DNA of 64,000 bases from an uncultured virus (IMG/VR IMGVR_UViG_3300034106_003629). Its lineage: Duplodnaviria > Heunggongvirae > Uroviricota > Caudoviricetes. This document shows positions 47,289-56,540 of the stretch, one piece after another. Under the pieces are notes generated by a model. That model searched no databases and was not told the DNA's origin. It was given only the letters and a program-made list of their open reading frames with translations. Positions within the stretch are counted from its first letter, which is position 1, and every line of letters begins with the position of its first letter. The translations under genes were made by a program, and so were the position numbers. The DNA is taken from the IMG/VR virus record IMGVR_UViG_3300034106_003629. The stretch is one strand, 5' to 3'.

Positions 47289-47992
47289 TATTTTTTATCT
47301 CTCCAAAGTACATAGTGCCAGGGGTTTTTAGTGATGGGAAGATTATGCCTCTTTTGTGCATTAAATCCAATCAAACATTCAGGGTTGATTTCTGCACCCA
47401 TCTCACATATTTCAACAAAGTTGTCATATACGTCAAAATATTTATCCATTAACTCGGAAGACCCAAACGCAAAATGGTCGTTAATACCATGTTCCACATG
47501 TGCCCATTCGTTAAGAACATTCACAGTATTCAAATCATAGTTTGAAATGGGACCAATAGGAGTATAGAAGTATTCGTCAGTTCTCAAACGGACAACACAA
47601 TCATACTTGAAATCATTTTCTTCCTCATATTTTTTCTTAAGATTATTTGCTTCACTCAGACTATAAAACATTGAGATAATATTATTGACTGGGTGAGGAA
47701 ATCTAGGGTCTGGATGAATATCTTCTGCTTCAAATTCCTTTGGTTCTTCAAAGACAAGACCTTTAGGTTGCCATTTATCAACCATAAAGTCTTTTAGGTC
47801 TGATTCCCAACGACCACGGTCCTTGTATTGATCCCAAAAATAAGTTCCAACCCATGCCTCATCATACCAAATATGAGCAAATACATCAATCTCACAATCT
47901 GGGTTTGCTTCCCAAAAAGTTTGACGATGATTTTCATAACACTCCTTCAAATGCCTCGGTTGACCCGAGTAAATCATAGCAATTTTAGACAT
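47288..47992 (-). CDS. Putative glycosyltransferase-like protein (GQPR family)
   Basis: SGQPR, DVFAHIW, YDCVVRLRTD, NDHFAFG. Confidence 0.6.
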   Translation of the reverse strand: MSKIAMIYSGQPRHLKECYENHRQTFWEANPDCEIDVFAHIWYDEAWVGTYFWDQYKDRGRWESDLKDFMVDKWQPKGLVFEEPKEFEAEDIHPDPRFPHPVNNIISMFYSLSEANNLKKKYEEENDFKYDCVVRLRTDEYFYTPIGPISNYDLNTVNVLNEWAHVEHGINDHFAFGSSELMDKYFDVYDNFVEICEMGAEINPECLIGFNAQKRHNLPITKNPWHYVLWRDKK

Positions 47993-48704
47993 GATATTTA
48001 CTATTATCTTTTGCTAGGTGTACAATTTTTGGTTCAAAGGTACATGCTTTGGCAAATACCTCTGGATAAGCAAGACTTGGAGATGCTACAAATACGTCTT
48101 CACGATTTTGAATATAAAATTTGTTTAGATGACTCTCATCATGCCAAGTTGCAATAATATTATTTTTATAATCATCATCAATTCTCTGGTCAAGTTCTTT
48201 GATCATATCCATAACATATGGCAATTTACCTCCCCAAAGACATCCCTGAACATAAACAGACAAGTCATCAGATTCTGTAACACAAGCTTTGGATAAAGGC
48301 GTTACGTCAAATGCACCAGGAAGTTCATCATGAGGTTGCATTTTTAAATAATGACATGGATGATGAACACCAATGTATTTCTTGGTATCATCAAGTAAAT
48401 CCTCAATGTTGACAGTATCAACAACTCTCATATCTGCATCCAAGAAAATTAACCAATCACAATCTTGAATATCATCAAAACATTTTTGAATCATTTTGAA
48501 TCTATACAAAGTAATAAATGGCCATTCTAGATGTTCTTGATGATATACAATGGCATTATCTGGAGATTCTGGAATCTCTCCATCCGTAAAAATTATATAC
48601 TTTTTGTCTACATTTGGCAACAAAAACTTTTCACATCCTTCATACCACGCAGGCAAAAAGTTTAAATATTTTTCTGTTCCAATAAAAATAACAGCGACTT
48701 TCAT
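47985..48704 (-). CDS. GT6-family alpha-1,3-Gal/GalNAc transferase (ABO-type)
   Basis: IGTEKYLNF, IFTD, WPFITLYRF, FLDAD, WGG, WHDESHLNK. Confidence 0.92.
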   Translation of the reverse strand: MKVAVIFIGTEKYLNFLPAWYEGCEKFLLPNVDKKYIIFTDGEIPESPDNAIVYHQEHLEWPFITLYRFKMIQKCFDDIQDCDWLIFLDADMRVVDTVNIEDLLDDTKKYIGVHHPCHYLKMQPHDELPGAFDVTPLSKACVTESDDLSVYVQGCLWGGKLPYVMDMIKELDQRIDDDYKNNIIATWHDESHLNKFYIQNREDVFVASPSLAYPEVFAKACTFEPKIVHLAKDNSKYHV

Positions 48705-49507
48705 TAAATTACAATCCAATCAGGGCAATAAAGATCTTTTGTATCTAGGTGTTGATTATCTGGACCAAACCAGTTTTTAGGTGCAATAACTTTTTGACTT
48801 TTTGCCAACCAAGCACCCCACCAAGAGAATGAGGAATTGGCAATGATGTGTGACTTACACATAGTCATAAGACACAAATCGATGTAACTAATATTTCCTT
48901 CTGCAACTAAAAATCTATCGTCCTCAAACAATTTTTGTTCCTTACACCATTTAGGATCATCAGAGAATATAATTACAGTTCGATCATTATCAAAATGACT
49001 TAGTGCCTCTTCATAATAATCCAAACCAAGATTATTATGGTTATGTGCAAGTTGCAAATAATCTGTTCTGCGTATATGCAAAGATACTGGTTCTTCAACA
49101 CTATTCATCATAGATCTTGAAGGTCGAAGATACTGGGGGTTGAATGTAAAATCTTCTCTGATCTGATCTTCAATATTTTTAAAGTATTTTTCGCTTTGAA
49201 AGTATCCTTCCAAATTAACCCATTTGGGACAGTTATTAAAAAGTTCTTCATCAAAAGCAAAGGTGCTTTCTTTTAATGTAGGTCTTGCTCCACAAATATG
49301 CTGAACATTTAAATTTTGCAAATTTTCAAGCACAAATGGATAAAGTAATTGATGGTCACTCCACTCATCATATCCAGATGGGTCATCAGATGGTGGTGGA
49401 ATCATCCAGTTATATCCATTGTTTGCAGCAATTCCTCTCAAAGAGGCATACTGAAACATTTGATTTCCAAGTCTTCCTAGTTTTCCTAGATTATTAAATC
49501 CGATCAT
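48704..49507 (-). CDS. GT11 alpha-1,2-fucosyltransferase
   Basis: GRLGNQMFQYA, GYFQSEKYF, HIRRTDY, FSDD, NSSFSWWGAWL. Confidence 0.95.
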   Translation of the reverse strand: MIGFNNLGKLGRLGNQMFQYASLRGIAANNGYNWMIPPPSDDPSGYDEWSDHQLLYPFVLENLQNLNVQHICGARPTLKESTFAFDEELFNNCPKWVNLEGYFQSEKYFKNIEDQIREDFTFNPQYLRPSRSMMNSVEEPVSLHIRRTDYLQLAHNHNNLGLDYYEEALSHFDNDRTVIIFSDDPKWCKEQKLFEDDRFLVAEGNISYIDLCLMTMCKSHIIANSSFSWWGAWLAKSQKVIAPKNWFGPDNQHLDTKDLYCPDWIVI

Positions 49508-50429
49508 AGTTCTCTTTAAACCATTCATACGTTTGATAAATTCCCTGACGGATTCCAACTTTAGGACTCCAACCAAGAGACTTAAGTTTGTCAACATTCA
49601 TTACCTTTCTTGGAGTACCATTTGGTTTACTAATATCCCAAACAATTTCTCCACGATAATCAATTACTTTAGCAATAATTTCTGTTAATTCTTTAATTGT
49701 AATATCAGATCCAGTACCAATATTGATAATTTCTGAATCATCATATTCATTCATACAAATATAACATGCTTCTGCCATATCATCAATATAAAGAAATTCA
49801 CGAAGAGGAGAACCATCTCCCCAACAAACAAATTGAGAATCTCCATTTAACTTTGCCTCATGCATTCTACGCATGATACCAGGAATTACATGACTAGATT
49901 CTGGATTAAAATTATCATTTACTCCATATAGATTAGTTGGTTGTAAAGAAATTGCATCAAATCCATATTGTTGACGATATGATTGACACATTTTAATTCC
50001 AGCAATCTTAGCAATTGCATATGCATCATTAGTTGGTTCTAAAGGACCAGTCATCAACTGGTCTTCAGTAATTGGAATGTTTGGGTGCTTTGGATAAATG
50101 CAAGAGGACCCAAGAAATACCAACTTTTTAATACCATAATTATACGCCGCATTTATGATATTTGATTGGATCATCAAATTATCATAGATGAATTCTGCTG
50201 GGCGAGTTTTGTTTGCCATAATGCCACCAACTTTAGCAGCAGCAAGGAATACATATTCTGGTTCTTCTGAACAAAAATACCTTTCAGTATCATCCTGATT
50301 AGTAAAATCTATATCATCACGAGTCCCTTCAATAATGTTAGTATATCCTTTGCTTCTTAGATTTCTAACAATTGCTGACCCCACTAGACCACGAGCACCA
50401 GCAACTAAAATTTTAGAATCACTGTCCAT
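49494..50429 (-). CDS. fcl: GDP-L-fucose synthase
   Basis: [39 protein letters not shown]. Confidence 0.95.
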   Translation of the reverse strand: MDSDSKILVAGARGLVGSAIVRNLRSKGYTNIIEGTRDDIDFTNQDDTERYFCSEEPEYVFLAAAKVGGIMANKTRPAEFIYDNLMIQSNIINAAYNYGIKKLVFLGSSCIYPKHPNIPITEDQLMTGPLEPTNDAYAIAKIAGIKMCQSYRQQYGFDAISLQPTNLYGVNDNFNPESSHVIPGIMRRMHEAKLNGDSQFVCWGDGSPLREFLYIDDMAEACYICMNEYDDSEIINIGTGSDITIKELTEIIAKVIDYRGEIVWDISKPNGTPRKVMNVDKLKSLGWSPKVGIRQGIYQTYEWFKENYDRI

Positions 50430-51426
50430 AAATGCACATATCCTCAACTAATTCATTAAAAGTAATTTTTGGTTCCCACCCAAGATTTTCCTTTGCTTTT
50501 GTGGGATCTCCCAACAAAGATTCAACTTCAGCAGGTCTAAAATATTTAGGGTCAACTTTAACAACTACTCTATTAGTATTCTTATCAATACCAACTTCAT
50601 CTAGACCACTACCTTCCCATTTAATCTTCATTCCAAAGTAAGGTGCTGCAGTCTCAACAAATGCCCTAACTGAATATTGTTCACCAGTAGCAATCACATA
50701 ATCATCGGGTTCATCTTGTTGAAGCATCATCCACATTGCTTCGACAAAATCTTTGGCATGTCCCCAATCTCTTTTAGCATTTAAATTGCCAAGATATAAA
50801 ACATCCTGCAATCCAGCACTAATTTTAGAAAGACCTCTTGTTATTTTACGGGTAACAAATGTCTCACCACGACGAGGAGATTCATGGTTAAAAAGTATTC
50901 CTGTGCAAGCATACATTCCATAGGATTCTCGATAATTCTTTGTAATCCAATATCCATATAATTTTGCTACCCCATAAGGAGAACGTGGATAAAAGGGAGT
51001 AGTTTCTTTTTGAGGAACCTCTTGCACTAATCCATAAAGTTCACTTGTAGATGCTTGATAAACTCTACAAGTTTTTTCCATTCCCAAAATTCTTACCGCT
51101 TCAAGAATTCTAAGAGTTCCCAATCCATCAACATTACCAGTATACTCAGGCATCTCAAACGATACTTTTACATGACTTTGTGCCGCGAGATTATAAATCT
51201 CATCAGGTTTAGTTTGTTGGAGAATGTGAATAATATTTGCAGAATCGGTCAAATCCCCATAATGTAACTTGAGATGTGGGTGATTAAAAATATGATCAAT
51301 CCTATGTGTATTAATAAGGGATGCTCTACGAATTATTCCATGAACCATGTATCCCTTTTCAATCAATAATTCAGCAAGATAAGAACCATCTTGCCCCGTG
51401 ATTCCTGTAATTAAAGCAGTCTTCAT
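50419..51426 (-). CDS. gmd: GDP-mannose 4,6-dehydratase
   Basis: [44 protein letters not shown]. Confidence 0.97.
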   Translation of the reverse strand: MKTALITGITGQDGSYLAELLIEKGYMVHGIIRRASLINTHRIDHIFNHPHLKLHYGDLTDSANIIHILQQTKPDEIYNLAAQSHVKVSFEMPEYTGNVDGLGTLRILEAVRILGMEKTCRVYQASTSELYGLVQEVPQKETTPFYPRSPYGVAKLYGYWITKNYRESYGMYACTGILFNHESPRRGETFVTRKITRGLSKISAGLQDVLYLGNLNAKRDWGHAKDFVEAMWMMLQQDEPDDYVIATGEQYSVRAFVETAAPYFGMKIKWEGSGLDEVGIDKNTNRVVVKVDPKYFRPAEVESLLGDPTKAKENLGWEPKITFNELVEDMCIYGQ

Positions 51427-51509
51427 AGTAAGTGTATATTCACCAAAAATTATAGCACCTCCAAACAAAAACATCAATAATAAATACTCTTACTGGACTC
51501 ATTATCTTA

Positions 51510-52148
51510 ATGGAAAAAACCGCTCAAATAAAAAAGCACGAAGGGAATTATTTCTACAAAGCATATAATTTTATGCCAGAAGAATCTCTTCCAGAACTAT
51601 ATTCCTCTGCGGTAAAATGGTTAGAGAATACTCGAAAGAGTACACTTGAAGAAGTATTTCCCCCAGAAGCATCTCAGAATTTATTGGGTAACGCGATACA
51701 AGAATCTTTCCTATCTGAGCAAGTTTGGGTAAATTTTTATTCGGAAGCAAAAAAACATATTGCACAATATTGCAAAGTAACAGGAATCAATATACAAAAT
51801 ATTCGTTTACATTCTTCTTGGATTACTAGACTGCACAATTTAGATTTTCCAAGTGTACACTCAAAAAATGAGTTGGAAAAAAGATTAGGGTTGCATAATA
51901 CATTTGGAAATATGCATTCCCATAAAACCAATCCTATAGGAATGGTTTATTATTTAAAAAACCCAGACCCAAAATATGGAACTATAGTAAAAATAACAAA
52001 TAAAAAAATATTTAATAATAACGGAGAAGAAAATACTATTATGATTTTTGACCCTAGACTATATCATACAGCATTATATCCACCAATTAAAGAAACTGAA
52101 GTTTATCCTAGAATTACCATTGTAGTTGATTGTGAGTATATTGATTAA
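51510..52148 (+). CDS. 2OG-Fe(II) oxygenase-like protein
   Basis: SW...MHSH...VYYL...GT...IFD..LYH...RITI. Confidence 0.7.
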   Translation: MEKTAQIKKHEGNYFYKAYNFMPEESLPELYSSAVKWLENTRKSTLEEVFPPEASQNLLGNAIQESFLSEQVWVNFYSEAKKHIAQYCKVTGINIQNIRLHSSWITRLHNLDFPSVHSKNELEKRLGLHNTFGNMHSHKTNPIGMVYYLKNPDPKYGTIVKITNKKIFNNNGEENTIMIFDPRLYHTALYPPIKETEVYPRITIVVDCEYID

Positions 52149-52798
52149 GGTAAAACCCAATCAGGAACTCCAAAGGGAATATTAATATACCAATCAAATA
52201 CAATATTATATTTTATAAAATCACTATTAATTAAAAATTTATTTGAACATGGATATGAACCACCATTAAAAATAACCAACGAATTCTGTTCTCCAGGAAT
52301 AGATTTAATTTTATTTCCTATTTTTATATCCGTTCCCATATGTACATTATCATTTCTTAGATAATATACAGTTCTTATCATATGTTTTTTAAGCCAGTCG
52401 TCATCAACGAGTCCAAAATCATCCTGAAAAATTGAAGATTCAAAATTAATTACACTAAATATGCTATTTGGTTTTGTTGCTGATCTTTCTCCCCAACAAG
52501 AATGGGGAACAATTAAAGATTCATCAACACCAACAACTTTAAAATATTCCAGTACATGATGTTTTACTCTAAGACAAAATATATTCCAACATCTCTCATC
52601 ATAGGGAAAATAAGAACTTGATGATAATGCCAATCCATGGCAGTCAATAATACATTTTGTTACTTCTATTGCATCTGCATGTAGTAAATTATATTTAAAA
52701 TGTTTATCAGAACTTACTTTTAATTCATTCTGCAAATCATCAGAAAAAACATTTTTAACTACATGTACATAATCAGATTTAATAATATTTTTTTCCAT
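52145..52798 (-). CDS. Degenerate paralog of 51510-52148
   Basis: HSCW, VYYL.N....GT, GEQNSLVIF; Fe ligands not evident. Confidence 0.6.
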   Translation of the reverse strand: MEKNIIKSDYVHVVKNVFSDDLQNELKVSSDKHFKYNLLHADAIEVTKCIIDCHGLALSSSSYFPYDERCWNIFCLRVKHHVLEYFKVVGVDESLIVPHSCWGERSATKPNSIFSVINFESSIFQDDFGLVDDDWLKKHMIRTVYYLRNDNVHMGTDIKIGNKIKSIPGEQNSLVIFNGGSYPCSNKFLINSDFIKYNIVFDWYINIPFGVPDWVLP

Positions 52799-53594
52799 AA
52801 TTTGGAGAATGTAATGGTGTCTTTTTCGTAAATTTATTTGCCTTTTTAGGGCACATTGTACAAACTGGTTCCGCAGTTCTTGTGAAAAATTCTAGAATAT
52901 CTATCTCAGAACTAGTTGGTAACAATGGGTTATACTTTAAATAAGGATCCCATTTTGATGATAGATTATTCCCAAATTTTTTCTTTTGTAGTGGTAAGTA
53001 AGCAAGCGCCGCACATTTATATATTTTACCATCCAATAATTGAAAGTTTTCTTGTCCTCCTGGACAATTATTCCAACTCTCAATATAATCATCACTGCAA
53101 ATTGGTTCAATAGAACACCCATATCCAGTATATGTTCTTAACCAATAAGTAGATGCATCATGTATTTTATAATTTACTCCAGATGACTTAATTTTTTGAA
53201 TCGCAATATCAAATAATCTGATGTAATTATGGTCCTGCGAATGTTTAGTTATAGTCAAAATACAATTTGTATCAATCAGTGCTTTTGATAGTCCATCAAT
53301 TCTATCAAATAGCAATCCATTCGATACTAATTCAAATTCTTGGTCATCTTGTATATTCCAAATCTCTTTTGTCATGTAAATAATATCAACGATCTCCTTA
53401 TTGAGAAGAGGTTCTCCACCTAACATTGACAATTCTTTTGGATAAATTTTTTTATTCCAACACAAATACCACTCTTTTAGAGTGGTAAGTGAAATATTTT
53501 CTTTGTACCCATCATTAGTATAATGACCACATCCCTCACAAGTAAAATTGCAAGAATGGGTAACATGCCACTCTAAGTGGGGGATTTTAATCAT
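52779..53594 (-). CDS. Radical SAM protein with C-terminal Cys cluster
   Basis: CNFTCEGC (CxxxCxxC), GGEPLL, SNG, GKIYKC...CTMC. Confidence 0.9.
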   Translation of the reverse strand: MIKIPHLEWHVTHSCNFTCEGCGHYTNDGYKENISLTTLKEWYLCWNKKIYPKELSMLGGEPLLNKEIVDIIYMTKEIWNIQDDQEFELVSNGLLFDRIDGLSKALIDTNCILTITKHSQDHNYIRLFDIAIQKIKSSGVNYKIHDASTYWLRTYTGYGCSIEPICSDDYIESWNNCPGGQENFQLLDGKIYKCAALAYLPLQKKKFGNNLSSKWDPYLKYNPLLPTSSEIDILEFFTRTAEPVCTMCPKKANKFTKKTPLHSPNYGKKYY

Positions 53595-54208
53595 TGGGCA
53601 TCAATACTAGATACATCTCTTTCAGGAGAGAAAGTTCTCATTCCAATATTACCAGCATACCACCCAGTTGCAATATACTTATTAACTGGTGTGGGATTAC
53701 CCCTATGCAGATGAGTAAAAGATCCAGGCCAAATTGCAACTCTACCTAATTTTGGCTTTACTTTTACCCCCTGATATAAAAATTCAGTTTCTCCACCATC
53801 TTCAATATCATTAAAGTACACTGTCCAAGCAAGAGTTCTTTCTTTTGTTATCCATGTTGTATTTTCTGCATGGAAAGAATGATAACCACCACGCCTTGGT
53901 TCCGTTTTTTGAAGAAGAACTGTACAACTATGGTAACTAAATTGTTTTAAATAAGGGTATGAATCAATATATTGATTCATACAGAAGTCAATTCCTCCCA
54001 TCAAATAGTTTGCCTCAGATGGAGAAAATGCACTAAGGCATACTTGCTTATCTGTAACAAAACTATAATTTCTAGAATTAATGAATGAAGTATTATCAAT
54101 ATAATTAATAATAAAATCACAGAATTCTTGATCAAATACATTATCCCAAACACCAATAAAGTTATCTAAAACTGAATTAGTTGGTGTAGATTTTTTGTTT
54201 TCCATAAA
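53591..54208 (-). CDS. 2OG-Fe(II) oxygenase (prolyl hydroxylase-like)
   Basis: YHSFHAE, YFND..GGETEF, THLHRG, KY.ATGW. Confidence 0.88.
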   Translation of the reverse strand, partial: FMENKKSTPTNSVLDNFIGVWDNVFDQEFCDFIINYIDNTSFINSRNYSFVTDKQVCLSAFSPSEANYLMGGIDFCMNQYIDSYPYLKQFSYHSCTVLLQKTEPRRGGYHSFHAENTTWITKERTLAWTVYFNDIEDGGETEFLYQGVKVKPKLGRVAIWPGSFTHLHRGNPTPVNKYIATGWYAGNIGMRTFSPERDVSSIDAQ

Positions 54209-54218
54209 AACCAAAGAA

Positions 54219-54620
54219 GGACGCGCCACCTAGTTTTGACTGAACTAGGAAACAGGCGGGAGAGATTCCCATCCGCACCAGTCGGCATATTTAAAGTCCA
54301 TCCGACGAGGACATAAGGGGTCAGATTGACTCCACCACTTAGTTTTAAGAAACTAAGAAAAGTTGGGTTAACTTTGATATTTCGGAGATACCAAAGAATG
54401 CACATAAAAACAGCACATCCCAAAGTTTAAGTTTGATAGCAAAAGGAATTGTGAGAAGACCTCCAATAACTTTAATCATCAAACCATATTTAAATTCTCC
54501 CCATAACATAGTTTGATAACCAATTATAAGAAGAATGTTTCCAATCCACCGAAGTAAATCAGATTTAGACATAAGGGGTTGCTCCCGACCAGGGCACTTT
54601 TATAGTCATTCCGAGACTAG
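54219..54620 (-). ncRNA. manA-like structured RNA, modular and interrupted by an ORF
   Basis: GUCUCGGAAUGAC...GCCCUGGUCGGGA; two UUUC.UAGUU...AAAACUA.GUGGYG hairpins; GCGG.UGGG/CCCGC; family match recalled, not searched. Confidence 0.55.
54345..54572 (-). CDS. 75-aa three-helix membrane protein
   Basis: Three hydrophobic segments. Confidence 0.65.
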   Translation of the reverse strand: MSKSDLLRWIGNILLIIGYQTMLWGEFKYGLMIKVIGGLLTIPFAIKLKLWDVLFLCAFFGISEISKLTQLFLVS

Positions 54621-54832
54621 GCAACTTCAATTTGCTCAAGATCTTGAACCAGACAATCAATGAGAATATCATAATCATCTAGAGGATCTCCAGAAAAGAC
54701 TACACCTTCATTTTCATAATAACGACGGACTTTTTTAAAGAGTTTTGGGTTTTTTACATCTAGGTAAAAATCACCGTTTGCAGCACCACGAAGAGTTTGC
54801 ACATCTTTTTTAAATTTTTCTGTGAGAGTCAT
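54617..54832 (-). CDS. Cyanophage hypothetical protein (MTLTEKFKKD...)
   Basis: ORF downstream of consensus promoter. Confidence 0.7.
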   Translation of the reverse strand: MTLTEKFKKDVQTLRGAANGDFYLDVKNPKLFKKVRRYYENEGVVFSGDPLDDYDILIDCLVQDLEQIEVA

Positions 54833-54854
54833 TGCTTTGAATGTTGACCTTAAT

Positions 54855-54883
54855 AGTATAAGGGTTTGACAGTTATCTGTCAA
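54855..54883 (-). promoter_or_regulatory. sigma70 promoter with palindromic -35
   Basis: TTGACA-N17-TATACT; TTGACAG-ATAA-CTGTCAA inverted repeat. Confidence 0.75.
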
Positions 54884-54884
54884 G

Positions 54885-54957
54885 TGCTCCTTGCGTGGAT
54901 CGAACACGCCTCAGGCGAATTATGAGTTCGCTGCATTCACCAGATTGCTAAAGGAGC
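54885..54957 (-). tRNA. tRNA-Met/Ile2 (CAT)
   Basis: Cloverleaf; GCGAA-CTCATAA-TTCGC; TTCGAT T-loop. Confidence 0.9.
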
Positions 54958-54959
54958 AA

Positions 54960-55088
54960 GTGGGGATAGTCGAACTTCACCCAATTTGGGCAAAGTCCTC
55001 GGACCCTGCCCAACCATCCCCATACGACGCTACGGAAGATATCCGTAGTAGAAGTTGGCGTCTACTTAGTTAATCGCTAAGGACTACC
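54960..55088 (-). ncRNA. Unassigned structured RNA candidate between two tRNAs
   Basis: Multiple GC-rich stems and a possible pseudoknot (see findings). Confidence 0.55.
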
Positions 55089-55090
55089 AA

Positions 55091-55162
55091 TAGGACTGCT
55101 GAGAATTGAACTCAGTTCACACCGTTATAAGCAGTGGGCCTTAACCAATAGGCGACAGTCCC
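55091..55162 (-). tRNA. tRNA-Ile (TAT)
   Basis: Cloverleaf; CACTG-CTTATAA-CGGTG. Confidence 0.88.
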
Positions 55163-55166
55163 TCGA

Positions 55167-55664
55167 TTAAAAATAGTTAACTATTACAATAGATCTAAAA
55201 AAAGAATCCGTGCAAGTTGTACTACAATGATTTTTACTTGGATCAAAGAATAGTGCTCTATTCTCTATTGATTCTACTTTAGTTCCATCTTCCAAAATAG
55301 TAAATCCATTATTAGTATTCAAATAAACTATCAATCCAAAATGTTCATATGGATAATCTATATGCATCCCATGCTGGACAATTTTATTTGTTTTTGGATA
55401 GACATTTGCTCTTGCTCTAATAATTGCTTTTGGATTTATTTTTTCAAAGATTGGGTTTAAAGATCCAAAGTATTGACTAGAAATATTGTAGTCTGTATAA
55501 AACGTGTGGGTAAAATAAATTCCTTCATCATTGTAAGTATTCTTTGTTGATATTCCATGATTTAAAAACCAAGGAATTGTATTATTTCCCACAATTGTTT
55601 TTTTAAAATGTTCAAAAATTGATGGTTCAATAAAGTTATCAATAATTTTTGTTGACTGGTCCAT
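55167..55664 (-). CDS. 2OG-Fe(II) oxygenase-like protein
   Basis: IIDNF, MHID, YLNTNNG.T, NRALFFD...H, R.IVVNY. Confidence 0.8.
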   Translation of the reverse strand: MDQSTKIIDNFIEPSIFEHFKKTIVGNNTIPWFLNHGISTKNTYNDEGIYFTHTFYTDYNISSQYFGSLNPIFEKINPKAIIRARANVYPKTNKIVQHGMHIDYPYEHFGLIVYLNTNNGFTILEDGTKVESIENRALFFDPSKNHCSTTCTDSFFRSIVIVNYF

Positions 55665-55687
55665 AGTAACAGATGGTCTTATGGTTG

Positions 55688-55888
55688 TCAAGGTGCTTCG
55701 TTGTGGTCAGTGTATATTCGTATCAATTCTTCATCTGCTGGCATGAGCACTGCTTCACCATACTCACTAGTGATGATAAAAGACTTCATTTCCTTTTCAA
55801 CCAAATTCATTAAGTTATCAAAATCTGCTTGAAACTCTTCCACAGTATACCTCTTTAAACTACCAAGTTCCTTTTCGATACTCATCAT
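55688..55888 (-). CDS. Phd/YefM antitoxin-like small protein
   Basis: TVEEFQADFDNLMNLVE...FIIT...AVLMP; GGAGG SD. Confidence 0.55.
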   Translation of the reverse strand: MMSIEKELGSLKRYTVEEFQADFDNLMNLVEKEMKSFIITSEYGEAVLMPADEELIRIYTDHNEAP

Positions 55889-56540
55889 CAACCTCCGCAG
55901 GACAAAGATATTGTACTTTATTATTTTTATATGGGATATAATCCCAATTTTCTGGTCTCCAATGAAAGTACATGTTCCTATAATAATCTCCTTGAAATGG
56001 AGTATATCTAGAGTGAACACATAGACTCTCATATAATAACATGTCACCAGGTTCAAAAACAACCTTGTGTCTAACACCATCATGATCCCAAAAATCTAAA
56101 GGCCAATTTGTATTTTTGGGTTGCTCGTCAATAAAAATTATACAACTAATAATATGAGTTTTTATTTCATCTCGGTGTAAACATAATATTGAGTCTTTTG
56201 GATAACTTCTTATTCCATAACCCGTGCTATATTTTAATTTTTGATGAGACCATTCTTCCAATATTGGTTGAAGAATATCCGCCCATTCTTTTAATTTTTC
56301 TGTGGGAATATGGTTTATATGGGTATAAGGATTTTTAATTCTTTTAGGGTCACCTAAAGGATTTCTAAATGCTATCGAACCAGCCGTAATGTGTTCTCCG
56401 TATTTAGGATCATAATGAGAATTGGTAGAATCTTCTTTTTGTGAGAAGTCGCAAGTATTATAAAAATTCAATATTTCAGAATATAAATTCTCTGGAACCC
56501 TGACCAGTTTAAACGGATTATCTGCAAAACTTGGCCACTT
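55860..56540 (-). CDS. 2OG-Fe(II) oxygenase-like protein
   Basis: YGIRSY...LHRD...WPL...PGDMLLYE...HSR. Confidence 0.8.
   Translation of the reverse strand, partial: KWPSFADNPFKLVRVPENLYSEILNFYNTCDFSQKEDSTNSHYDPKYGEHITAGSIAFRNPLGDPKRIKNPYTHINHIPTEKLKEWADILQPILEEWSHQKLKYSTGYGIRSYPKDSILCLHRDEIKTHIISCIIFIDEQPKNTNWPLDFWDHDGVRHKVVFEPGDMLLYESLCVHSRYTPFQGDYYRNMYFHWRPENWDYIPYKNNKVQYLCPAEVDDEYRKGTW

Noticed and set aside
54166..54423. 85-aa ORF here, and ORFs 54891-55073, 57194-57421 and 61402-61653
   Set aside because: They overlap tRNAs or structured RNA and are best explained as spurious
54960..55088. Theta/HDV-like ribozyme 3' of tRNA-Ile
   Set aside because: A GGUAGUC/GACUAUC P1-like pairing exists, but no P1.1, P4 or catalytic J4/2 follows it
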